Origin: an uncultured Fibrobacterota bacterium
GTDB lineage: Bacteria; Fibrobacterota; Chitinivibrionia; Chitinivibrionales; FEN-1185
DNA: 64,000 nucleotides
Assembly (NCBI GenBank): GCA_963729895.1
Contig: CAVSQB010000028.1
Span: 64,001 to 128,000 of the forward strand
Direction of reading: 5' to 3'
This document shows, in pieces, positions 29,865-38,775 of the stretch; position 1 is the first letter of the stretch, and each line of letters starts with the position of its first letter. Below the pieces are notes generated by a model. It was not told where the DNA came from. It searched no databases and saw only the letters and a list, made by a program, of their open reading frames with translations. Both the position numbers and the translations under genes were made by a program.

Positions 29865-30302
29865 ATGGCCTCACGTGCACTGATCGACGAGTTTATGGCA
29901 CCCAAAAAGCTTGCCCTGGTCCGGGCATCGCGAAAGACGCCTGTCTCCGGAGTCAGCATTGACAAAGAGCTTGGGGCCAGGGGATACGCCGTTTGCGTGG
30001 TTTATCTCGACGAGGACGGTCCCGGCTCAAAGCTGAGCGACCTGAAGGAGCTGGTCGGCGGGGTGATTATAGCCGTACCGGCCGGCCAGGCGGAGAAGGC
30101 CGTTGGCAGGGTGATTGAGGCCAAGATCCCACGGGTCTGGATCCAGCGCGGTTGCGAGTCCCAAGCGGCTATCCGGTTGTGCGAGGAGAAGGGAATCCCG
30201 GCGATCTATGGTGAGTGCGTGATGATGTTTGCCGAGCCGGTGAAATCGTTTCACGCGTTCCACCGGTGGACCAGGAAAGTGCGAGGGAAGCTGCCTGAGT
30301 AG
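29865..30302 (+). CDS. CoA-binding domain protein (YccU-like)
   Basis: KKLALVRAS, RVWIQRG, IYGECVMMF..PV...H.FHRW. Confidence 0.8.
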   Translation: MASRALIDEFMAPKKLALVRASRKTPVSGVSIDKELGARGYAVCVVYLDEDGPGSKLSDLKELVGGVIIAVPAGQAEKAVGRVIEAKIPRVWIQRGCESQAAIRLCEEKGIPAIYGECVMMFAEPVKSFHAFHRWTRKVRGKLPE

Positions 30303-30326
30303 CGCATTCGGGGGCTTGTCTGCATT

Positions 30327-31100
30327 ATGAACGCATTGCAAACCATCACCCGAAAATCCCTAATTTATAAGAGCGGGCTGGGCTTCTATTGTCTGAACCA
30401 CGTTCAAGGCTGCAGCCACGGGTGCCGCTATCCCTGTTACGCCTTTTCCATGGCCAAGCACTACGGCCGGGCAGCCGATTACCAGGAGTGGTGCAAGCCG
30501 AAACTCGTGGCCAATGCCTTGGATCTATTGGACAAGGAACTGCCGAGGCATCTGGCCAGGGCAGGGGTGGACTCCGGCTCGGAAGAATTCCGCATCCACC
30601 TATGCCTCACCACGGACCCTTTTATGGCCGGGCGGCCGGAGATCGGGTCCCTGAGCATGCGTATCATTAAAAAAATCAATGCCGCAGGCCTGGCGTGCGA
30701 CATCTTGACAAAAGGCGTGCTTCCCAGGGAACTGGCTGATGCGCGCTTTGATCGTGATAACCGGTATGGCATCAGCATCGTATCCCTGGACGAAGGTTTT
30801 CGCCGGCGCTGGGAGCCGGGCGCAGCCCCTTATGCGGATCGCATCACGGCCCTGCGTTATTTGCACGATCAAGGCTATCCCGTGTACGCGCATATCGAGC
30901 CATATCCCACGCCGAATATTATCATTCAGGACATTGATGCTTTATTGGAAGCGGTGGCCTTTGTGGACGCCGTTTATTTCGGCGAATGGAACTACAGCTC
31001 TGTGGCCGGAAAGTATCCGAACCGCACAAGGTTCTATGCCGAACAGGTGAGGAAGGTTAAGGCATTTTGCCGCAACTGCGGTGTGGCATGCGAGATGTAA
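30327..31100 (+). CDS. Radical SAM protein, SplB/Rv2578c-like
   Basis: LNHVQGCSHGCRYPCYA, TTDPF, ILTKG, RRWEPGA...RITAL. Confidence 0.8.
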   Translation: MNALQTITRKSLIYKSGLGFYCLNHVQGCSHGCRYPCYAFSMAKHYGRAADYQEWCKPKLVANALDLLDKELPRHLARAGVDSGSEEFRIHLCLTTDPFMAGRPEIGSLSMRIIKKINAAGLACDILTKGVLPRELADARFDRDNRYGISIVSLDEGFRRRWEPGAAPYADRITALRYLHDQGYPVYAHIEPYPTPNIIIQDIDALLEAVAFVDAVYFGEWNYSSVAGKYPNRTRFYAEQVRKVKAFCRNCGVACEM

Positions 31101-31246
31101 ACGGGACTATGATGTTGTCAAGAGATCACTCAAGATCGCGCCGGGGATTTATTTTGGTTGTGTTAAGCCGGATAGAACCTTGTTACGAAACAGAATTCCG
31201 ATAGCATGACAACGAAACAAATGAACCAATTTCTCCTTCAGAAAGG

Positions 31247-31570
31247 ATGACTATGGCTTCAGAAAAGGGCCTCACAATTCAATCCATATTCCCCGGGAGA
31301 TGGAGCAATGCGTATTCTCACGTTGGAGGGCCTTCGGGTTCCGAGGAGTTTGAAATCATCGACGGAACAAAGTGCTTTGTTGAGGGAAAGCACAAATTCA
31401 ATATTACCGGCTTCAAGTACGACGCCACGAGTGAGACGGTGACATTCACAAAAGAGTGGGTGGGAACTGCCGGAGCGCCGATAGTCAATACCATAAAGAA
31501 GATCAACAAGAACCATTTCGAGGGAAGCGAAAACGACGGGGCCCATGTTGTGTACAAAAGAATTAAGTAG
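31247..31570 (+). CDS. Hypothetical small beta-rich protein
   Basis: 107-aa ORF with AAAGGA RBS; AT-richer codons; no recognised domain. Confidence 0.6.
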   Translation: MTMASEKGLTIQSIFPGRWSNAYSHVGGPSGSEEFEIIDGTKCFVEGKHKFNITGFKYDATSETVTFTKEWVGTAGAPIVNTIKKINKNHFEGSENDGAHVVYKRIK

Positions 31571-31641
31571 GCCCTAGCCGCTCCACTGTTGGGGAAAAGC
31601 AAAATAGCCTTTATGACTTTGCCTTTTCTTTACGTTAGGTG

Positions 31642-31675
31642 GACCGGAGTAGTGCGCTGGAGCGCACTACCGGTC
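31642..31675. terminator. Hairpin between convergent genes
   Basis: GACCGG-A-GTAGTGCGC-TGGA-GCGCACTAC-CGGTC. Confidence 0.55.
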
Positions 31676-31765
31676 GATGACCCTTGGAAGCACCCGACGG
31701 GAACGCCCGGACATCCACTGTACTTTCAGGCTCGAACAATTTGAGTGGCCGATCTGCCCCCAGCT

Positions 31766-32593
31766 TCACCGCTCCCTGCCGCTTCGCTCCTCTTTCTGGT
31801 TCGCATGTTTCCCTTTGCCGCCGTGCTGCGCTCCCTTCTTTCCCTGCTTCCCGGACGAATGACTGACAGATGAAGCATCTTCCCCTTCTTTTGCCGCGGG
31901 CACCGAAGCGCGCTTTGCAAGACCAGCAGGGGCGGGCTGTCCGTGGTTTACCGAGGCGAGCAGCTCGCGGTTGGAGCCGGCGGTCTGCCTGTGCTGCATT
32001 TGCTCGGCGGTCGCAGGGACATGGCTTTCGCGTGCCGCAACGAGTTCACGGGCGTTCGGCTTGGCGAGGGTACCGCCTGTACCGCCGTTGAAGCTCACGC
32101 GGCTTACCGCGGTGTTGTTGACGACCGCCTTGGTATATGTGTTGTGAACAACCGTGACATTAACGTTTGTCACCGCGCGGTTGTAACAATACGAGCCGCT
32201 TTTCCAGTACCCGCCGGAAAAACCGCTCCCCGTGTACCCAAAGCCGTAACGGACGCCTCCATAAAATCCAACATGCGGCCCCCAATAGCCCTCGTGCCAG
32301 AAATATCCGCTTCTTGCCCAGCCCCAATAGCCTGGAGTCCAAAGCAGTCCCGGACGAGGGGCCGCGACCCATGTTCCGGGGACCCAATAATAACCGTCCG
32401 GGCCATATGCCCAGTAACCCGGTGCCCACAGGTAGCCTGGGGCGGGACACTCAGGCTGTTCATAAACGGGCAACTCCGGCGGTCCCACCTGGATGGATAT
32501 TCCCACGGAAACTTCCGCGCCGAACGATGATGCACAAGCCACGAGAACAAGGGCGAGGATGAGAAGGCGAATCGAACCAATTGAACGAAGCAT
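31766..32593 (-). CDS. YXWGXW-repeat exported protein (paralog of 19171-19866)
   Basis: Signal peptide; PPELPVYEQPECPAPGYLWAPGYW, LLWTPGYWGW, GYWGPHVGFYGG. Confidence 0.85.
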   Translation of the reverse strand: MLRSIGSIRLLILALVLVACASSFGAEVSVGISIQVGPPELPVYEQPECPAPGYLWAPGYWAYGPDGYYWVPGTWVAAPRPGLLWTPGYWGWARSGYFWHEGYWGPHVGFYGGVRYGFGYTGSGFSGGYWKSGSYCYNRAVTNVNVTVVHNTYTKAVVNNTAVSRVSFNGGTGGTLAKPNARELVAARESHVPATAEQMQHRQTAGSNRELLASVNHGQPAPAGLAKRASVPAAKEGEDASSVSHSSGKQGKKGAQHGGKGKHANQKEERSGRER

Positions 32594-33045
32594 TGTTACC
32601 TCTTTTCATGCGATTTGATGATTTGGTCCCTTATTGTTTTGACTGCCGAAGCAGGAAAAAGTTACTCTCGCGATCTGAATGACAGTCCGCGCATTGCTGC
32701 TACGTTTCATAAAGGAGATCAATGGTGTTTCGCATGACAGCACCGCCTCGGGCACTTCCAAGGTTCGCCTCGTTGCCGGCTGAGCCTGAGGGTGCGGAGA
32801 GGGCTGCTTTTCTTGTTCGCAAAAACATTGTGTTCGCCATATCAATGAAAACATAACTTTATGTATATCAACAGGAAAAAAACATGATCGTTCGCAGAAG
32901 CATTTCGTTTGGATAGAAGTATTTCTCATTTCAGTCTTCTTTTTCGCTATATTTAACCCTTGCGCATTGCACTTTCGATTATTGGCATGTTGAAAGATGC
33001 CCTTAATCGCTTAACATCATCCGGGGGGATAGAGAAGGCGGCTTC

Positions 33046-34086
33046 ATGTATAGTACAAGCGGTTTGAGAGAAGTTCTTTTGCCTAGCTTGACGGCGGCGT
33101 TATTTCTTTTTTTTACAAATGCTTCTGCAGCCGGTGGCTGGCAATTGTACTGGTCCGATGAATTCGACAGCACGGCGCTTAACGAGGGAAACTGGGCCGT
33201 GCAGCAAACGGACAATCCGCCCAATGCCGAACAGGAACATTACACGGCCGGACACGACCAACCCGGTTCGAACGTGTTCGTCAAGAACGGACATCTGATT
33301 CTTGAGGCCAGGAACGCGGGGGAAATCACCTCTGGCAAGATCCAAAGTTCGGGCAAGAAAACATTTGAGTACGGCCGCATGGAGGCGCGTATGCGTCTGC
33401 CCCTTACCCAGGGAATGTGGCCCGCGTTCTGGATGCTCGGCGTGGGAGGCGGGTGGCCGGCCTGCGGTGAACTTGACATCATGGAAGGAAGAGGGAGGCT
33501 GCCGAACTGGACATCGGGATCGTACCACTTCACGAATTTCGACCTCTTTAACCAGTATACGTTACCGACGGGGAACGTTCACGACAGCTTCCATGTCTAC
33601 GCCGCGGAATGGAGCACCGATTCGATACGCTGGTATTTTGACAACGTGAACTTTGGGACCCTTACCAAGGCCAGCAACCCGAACCTCCCTTTTGACAAGC
33701 AATACTACTTCATTCTAAACCTCGCCGTGGGCGGCAATTTTGACGGCAATATCGACGGTACCACCGTGTTCCCGGAAAGTCTCATCGTGGACTACGTGCG
33801 CGTTTACCAATGGAATCCGAACGTCGCGGCCAGCGGTCCTGCGCCGCAGCGGCCGGAGGCTCGCGCAGCCTTTGCCGTCTCGGGCGCACTGGTGCGGGTC
33901 GCGCTGCCCTTCTACGGACGCTATTCGGCGGAACTCGTTTCTGTGAACGGGGCGCGGGTCCTGCAGGAAGTCGGCGAGGCGCAGTCGTTCTCGTTTACGA
34001 CAGCGGGCCTTTCCCCCGGAGTCTATTTCGCGACCGTTCGCGGCGGATTCGGCGTACTCACGGGAAAGATCGCCGTGCGGCGGTAA
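33046..34086 (+). CDS. Secreted GH16 beta-glucanase (laminarinase-type) with C-terminal sorting-like domain
   Basis: WSDEFD, YGRMEAR, GMWPAFWMLG, catalytic GELDIME, FHVYAAEW, ILNLAVGG, VDYVRVYQ; GVYFATV tail. Confidence 0.9.
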   Translation: MYSTSGLREVLLPSLTAALFLFFTNASAAGGWQLYWSDEFDSTALNEGNWAVQQTDNPPNAEQEHYTAGHDQPGSNVFVKNGHLILEARNAGEITSGKIQSSGKKTFEYGRMEARMRLPLTQGMWPAFWMLGVGGGWPACGELDIMEGRGRLPNWTSGSYHFTNFDLFNQYTLPTGNVHDSFHVYAAEWSTDSIRWYFDNVNFGTLTKASNPNLPFDKQYYFILNLAVGGNFDGNIDGTTVFPESLIVDYVRVYQWNPNVAASGPAPQRPEARAAFAVSGALVRVALPFYGRYSAELVSVNGARVLQEVGEAQSFSFTTAGLSPGVYFATVRGGFGVLTGKIAVRR

Positions 34087-34119
34087 GGTCCGGCTTCCGG
34101 GCGTGAGAATCTTTCCTTC

Positions 34120-35142
34120 TTACTTTGCGTGCTCCGCGTAAAACCGCTCGTAGTCTTCGAGATTTCTTTCCAGCAAAGAAGGGGTGTCGATGCCGTAGGG
34201 GCATTTGCCGCGGCACGCGCCGCACTTGCTGCAGGTGCGAATTACGCGCATTTTGTCGCGCCACTCCGGCGTGAGAAAGCCCTGATAGGGCGCTCTCCGC
34301 AGAAGCAATGACATTCGGGCGGCCCAATTGATGGGAATGCTCCTGGGACAAGGGAGGCAGTAGCCGCAGCCTCTGCAAAAGGAACCTGCAAGCTCGAAGC
34401 GGTCTTTGCGGATTGCCTTCCACAGCATTTCATCGAGCGGCGGGGGATGCCTTTCGAGGGTAATGAACTCGTCGAGTTCCTCTTCCCGCTGAATGCCCCA
34501 GATGGGCAGCACGGCATTGTACTGCCGTAGAAACGCGAACGACGTTGCGGCGTTCGTGATAAGGCCGCCCGACAGGGCCTTCATGGCGATGAGCCCGCAA
34601 CCGGACCTGTCGCATTCTGCAACCAGCGACAGGTCGGCATCGGAGAAGAGCGAACTGAGCGGGAACTGGACTGTGCTGTAGAGGCCGCTGCGTGCCGCAG
34701 AAACCGCATTTGTCAAACTGTGGCTGGTGATGCCGATGTGGCGGACCATTCCCTTGTCGCGGGCCTCCGCAAGTGCTGCGTAGGGGCCCTGGGGGTCGCC
34801 GGGATCGGGAAGCGGCGAGGGGTTGTGCAGCTGTATGAGGTCGATATGGTCGGTCTGGAGGTCCGCAAGGCTCGCGGCAATGTCGGCACGAGCACCGTCC
34901 TTTGTCGTTGCAGTCGTTTTGGTCGCGATCACCACGTCGCGACGCATGCGGCCGAAGGCGGCGCCGATTTTTCGCTCGCTGTCGGAATACATCCTTGCCG
35001 TGTCGTAGAACGTGATGCCGTTATCGTACGCCTTGCGAAGCAGGGCTACCGCCGCATCGAGGGGAACGCGCTGGATCGGCAGCGCACCAAAACCGCTGCG
35101 ACCGACAAGGAGGCCTGTTTTGCCCAGGGGCATTAGTTGCAT
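34120..35142 (-). CDS. Aldo/keto reductase with C-terminal 4Fe-4S dicluster
   Basis: LGKTGL...GFGALPIQR, FYDTARMY, IDLIQLHN, CRGCGYCLPCP, CSKCGACRGKCPY. Confidence 0.9.
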   Translation of the reverse strand: MQLMPLGKTGLLVGRSGFGALPIQRVPLDAAVALLRKAYDNGITFYDTARMYSDSERKIGAAFGRMRRDVVIATKTTATTKDGARADIAASLADLQTDHIDLIQLHNPSPLPDPGDPQGPYAALAEARDKGMVRHIGITSHSLTNAVSAARSGLYSTVQFPLSSLFSDADLSLVAECDRSGCGLIAMKALSGGLITNAATSFAFLRQYNAVLPIWGIQREEELDEFITLERHPPPLDEMLWKAIRKDRFELAGSFCRGCGYCLPCPRSIPINWAARMSLLLRRAPYQGFLTPEWRDKMRVIRTCSKCGACRGKCPYGIDTPSLLERNLEDYERFYAEHAK

Positions 35143-35204
35143 AAATCAAAAACCACGGTTAAGGAATGATCCTGGCGCCGAAATTTTTCTTCTCGTGCGC
35201 GCCT

Positions 35205-36572
35205 TCAAAAAATAAGATCTCCCACTTCCCCGATTTTCCCACATTCCAGCAAATCGATCTTGTTCCCCGCATCCCTCCAGTCCGCTTTCTTGGGCTGCCG
35301 GGGCACGAGGCACTGGGAAAATCCCAGGTGGCCGAGTTCCCTGATGCGCAGCGGCATGTTGTTGACAGGACGGATTTCGCCGCCGAGGCCGAGCTCACCC
35401 GCGAACCCGAGCTCCCTCCGGAGGGGCTTGTTGCGGAATGAGGAAATAATGGAGGCCGCGACCCCGAGGTCGACGGCCGGCTCGGCGACGGTGAGACCGC
35501 CGGCGACGTTGAAGAACACGTCGTAGTCGCCGAGCGAGAACCCGCCGAACCGCTCGAGCACGGCCAACAGGAGCGCGAGCTTCTTGGGGTTGATTCCCGA
35601 GGCGACGCGCTGGGGAAGGCCGAAATGCGATTTGTTGACAAGTGATTGAACCTCAACCACCAGCACCCTGCTTCCCTCCAGCACGGGCACGATGGCCGTG
35701 CCCACCTGGGGATCGGCCCGGTTGAGCAGGAAGAACTCCGATGGGTTGGCGATCTCCTTGAGGCCGCGGTCGGTCATGGACAGCACCGCGATTTCGCCGC
35801 TCGGGCCATAGCGATTCTTAACCGCGCGCACGATGCGGTACTGGTAATTACCGTCGCCCTCGAAGTAGAGTACGGTGTCCACCATATGCTCCAGTACGCG
35901 CGGCCCTGCAATGGACCCGTCTTTGGTGACATGGCCGATGAGGATCACCGCGGTCTTGTGCTGCTTTGCAAAGCGGAGAAGCATGGAGGCGCTCTCGCGC
36001 ACCTGGGACACGCTGCCCGGCGCGCTCTCCATCGCCTCGGAGAACATGGTCTGGATGGAGTCAACCACCACGATATCGGGCCTGGTTTCCGCCAATTTCG
36101 CAAGAATGGTTTCTACGGACGTTTCGGTGAGCATGAGCACGGGCGCATCGCTCACACCCAGCCGGGCGCCCCGGGCGTAAATCTGTTCGGCGGATTCTTC
36201 GCCCGAAATGTACAGGCACTGCGTGCCTTTTTTCGCCCACGAGCTCAGGAGCTGAAGCAGCAGGGTGGACTTGCCGATGCCCGGGTCGCCGCCGAGCAGG
36301 ACAAACGCGCCCGGGATGAGCCCGCCGCCCAGCACGCGGTCGATCTCGGGAAACGCGCCGGCAATGCGTGCCGATTCGTCAACTTTGCAATTGGCGAATG
36401 CAACGATCTCGGTTGGGCCGGAGACGGTTGCGCGGGACGACGGCGTGGCCTTTACTCCGCGCATTTCGATGATGCTGTCCCACGCGCCGCAGTTGGTGCA
36501 CCGTCCCAGCCACTTGGGAAAATCCTCGCCGCAGTTATTGCAGACGTAAACGGTAGAGGGCTTCTTGTTCAT
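35205..36572 (-). CDS. radA: DNA repair protein RadA/Sms
   Basis: CNNCG...WLGRCTNCGAW zinc finger, GGDPGIGKSTLL, YISGEES, KNRYG; TAATG overlap with the upstream gene. Confidence 0.95.
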   Translation of the reverse strand: MNKKPSTVYVCNNCGEDFPKWLGRCTNCGAWDSIIEMRGVKATPSSRATVSGPTEIVAFANCKVDESARIAGAFPEIDRVLGGGLIPGAFVLLGGDPGIGKSTLLLQLLSSWAKKGTQCLYISGEESAEQIYARGARLGVSDAPVLMLTETSVETILAKLAETRPDIVVVDSIQTMFSEAMESAPGSVSQVRESASMLLRFAKQHKTAVILIGHVTKDGSIAGPRVLEHMVDTVLYFEGDGNYQYRIVRAVKNRYGPSGEIAVLSMTDRGLKEIANPSEFFLLNRADPQVGTAIVPVLEGSRVLVVEVQSLVNKSHFGLPQRVASGINPKKLALLLAVLERFGGFSLGDYDVFFNVAGGLTVAEPAVDLGVAASIISSFRNKPLRRELGFAGELGLGGEIRPVNNMPLRIRELGHLGFSQCLVPRQPKKADWRDAGNKIDLLECGKIGEVGDLIF

Positions 36573-37945
36573 TATTCCTGCGATTTCGGCGGCTCGCTCA
36601 CTTCGACGCGGTTGCCGCCGAGCCGGCGCGCGCGGCCGAGGGCCTGGCCCGCTGTTGTGCCGAGCACGTCCACGGAGGCGGAGGTTTCCGTACACACGCA
36701 CACGCCCGCGGAGAGCACCGGGTGCAGGACGTCGCCGCCGGGGGTTTTGAGGGTGGTTTCCATGAGGCGCCTGCGGATGCGGTCTACTGTTTTGTCAATA
36801 ATGGCGGGGTCTATCTTTATGAGAATGAGGCCGAATTCGTCGCCGGCGAACCGGCCCGCCCTGTCGGTGCCGCGGATGCACAGGGCCAGTTTTCCGCCCA
36901 CTTCCTTGATGACGGTTTCGCAGAACTGCCGGCCGTAGCGGTCGCCGAGGTCCGTGAGCATGTCGATGCCGAACAGGGCGAACGCCAGGGGATCCTGTTC
37001 CGCACCGGCCCGCTCGGCCTCGTCCTTCATAACGGCGGCAAATTGCTGGTATCCCATGAGATCGGTGAGTGTGTGGAGCAAGGCCGGGTCAAAACTCCTG
37101 TCACGCCTCAACTGGCGGTCCGAGACGACACGCTGCTTGATGTGGCCCACGTTAACCGGACGAAGGAGTGCCGACTCCTCCTCCGCTTCGGAACCCACCG
37201 CATAATGGAGCTTGCGCTGGCCCCGGATAAACTGCTGGATGTACGGGTTGCGCGAGGCCCTGATCTCCGCGGGCGTACCGGTAAAGATGATTTTCCCTTC
37301 GTAAATCATTGCCATTTTGTCGGCTATTTTGTACGCCGAGGCAATGTCGTGGGTTACCACCACACTCGTCATCTTGAGCTTGCCGCGAAGGGACAGGATC
37401 AGATCGTTTATCTTGTCGGTCATGATCGGGTCGAGCGCGCTTGTGGGCTCATCGTAGAGCATGATCTCGGGTTTCATTACAAGCGCACGGGCAAGGCCCA
37501 CGCGGCTGCGCATACCGCCCGACAGTTCGGAAGGCATCTTGTGCTGGAAGTTCTGCTGCAACCCAACCATTTCGAGGGCCTCGGCAACGACCTGGCTTAT
37601 TTTCTCCTCGGAATAGGAAGTATGTTCGCGAAGCGGGAAAGCAATGTTTTCGCCCACGCTCTTGGAATCGAACAGTGCGGCGCCTTGGAACAACATTCCC
37701 AAACGCTTACGCACCTTGTCGAAGTCGGAAGACTTCTTGGTGGGCGAGGAGATTTCCTCTCCGTCAATAAGGATGCGGCCGCCATCCGGGATCATGAGGC
37801 CGATGATATGCTTGAGAACAACGCTCTTGCCGCCGCCCGACTGGCCGATGATGCACACAACCTCGCCCTTATTCACATCGAGGTTGACATCGTCGAGCAC
37901 GAGCTGGTTTCCGAAGCGTTTCTTGAGGTGTTCTATCTTCAGCAT
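36572..37945 (-). CDS. mlaF: MlaF/Mkl-type ABC ATPase fused to a C-terminal degenerate GGDEF domain
   Basis: GQSGGGKS, FQGAALFDS, LSGGM, LYDEPTSALDP, VVTHD, QQFI; then IRGTDRAGRFAGDEFG, SAGV, ARRLGGNRV. Confidence 0.85.
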   Translation of the reverse strand: MLKIEHLKKRFGNQLVLDDVNLDVNKGEVVCIIGQSGGGKSVVLKHIIGLMIPDGGRILIDGEEISSPTKKSSDFDKVRKRLGMLFQGAALFDSKSVGENIAFPLREHTSYSEEKISQVVAEALEMVGLQQNFQHKMPSELSGGMRSRVGLARALVMKPEIMLYDEPTSALDPIMTDKINDLILSLRGKLKMTSVVVTHDIASAYKIADKMAMIYEGKIIFTGTPAEIRASRNPYIQQFIRGQRKLHYAVGSEAEEESALLRPVNVGHIKQRVVSDRQLRRDRSFDPALLHTLTDLMGYQQFAAVMKDEAERAGAEQDPLAFALFGIDMLTDLGDRYGRQFCETVIKEVGGKLALCIRGTDRAGRFAGDEFGLILIKIDPAIIDKTVDRIRRRLMETTLKTPGGDVLHPVLSAGVCVCTETSASVDVLGTTAGQALGRARRLGGNRVEVSEPPKSQE

Positions 37946-37995
37946 GTGGCCATGGTCTCTTGTCCATCACAAAATAAGTTATTTGTCTCCCGGCA

Positions 37996-38775
37996 TTACA
38001 GCACAAGGAATGCGATGAGAAAATCGAAGACAAGAATGAGCACGAACGATGTCATGACGGCCTTGGTGGTCGAATTGCCCACTCCTTCGGCGCCGCCGCT
38101 CGTTTCCAGGCCGAAATGGCAGCCGGTAAGGGCGATGATGGCGCCGAACACCGATGTTTTTGCAACACCGATGAGGAGGTCGGACGGATTAAACAGCATT
38201 CTCAGGCCGGAGAGATAGACAAACAAGGTGATCTTTACCGAAAAAACCACGGTGAGAATCGAGCTGATAAAAGCCACGAATTCGCTCCAGATAACGAGCA
38301 TAGGTATCATCAGCATGCAGGCAAGCATTTTGGGGACGTACAAGTATCGCACCGGGTCAAGGTTAAGGCACGTCATTGCGTCAAGCTGCTCGCCGGTCTT
38401 CATGGAGCCGACCTCGGCCGCGATCGCGGTGGAAATGCGGCCGGCCACCACCATGCTCGTAAACACCGGCCCGATTTCGATGATGAGCGTCTTGCAGACC
38501 GCAAGGCCGAGGTACTTGAGCGGGATGAATCCGGAGAACTGGTACACCGCTTGCGTAACGGTAGTTGCGCCGATAAACACGGCGATCACCGAAACGAGCG
38601 GGAGCGAGTCGACGCCGATGCCGTACATCTGCTCCACGGACAGCGGCACGTTTTTCACCATGGTGGGAATGCGCGAAACAATCTGCACCAAGAGTGCGAC
38701 AATACGGGAAACATGGGTCAGAAAGACGATGGCCGTGCCGCCTATTCGGGAAACAAGAAGCACAAACGGGTTCAA
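37996..38775 (-). CDS. mlaE: MlaE-family ABC permease
   Basis: EIGPVFTSMVVAGR, AEVGSMKTGEQLDAM, GGAEGVGNSTTKAVM; TTG start overlaps the dnaB stop. Confidence 0.9.
   Translation of the reverse strand: MNPFVLLVSRIGGTAIVFLTHVSRIVALLVQIVSRIPTMVKNVPLSVEQMYGIGVDSLPLVSVIAVFIGATTVTQAVYQFSGFIPLKYLGLAVCKTLIIEIGPVFTSMVVAGRISTAIAAEVGSMKTGEQLDAMTCLNLDPVRYLYVPKMLACMLMIPMLVIWSEFVAFISSILTVVFSVKITLFVYLSGLRMLFNPSDLLIGVAKTSVFGAIIALTGCHFGLETSGGAEGVGNSTTKAVMTSFVLILVFDFLIAFLVL

Noticed and set aside
23344..31640. Integron cassette array (GTTAGCC, GTTAAGC and GTTAGGT occur after some genes)
   Set aside because: No matching RYYYAAC inverse cores or attC-like palindromes were found by eye, and there is no integrase.
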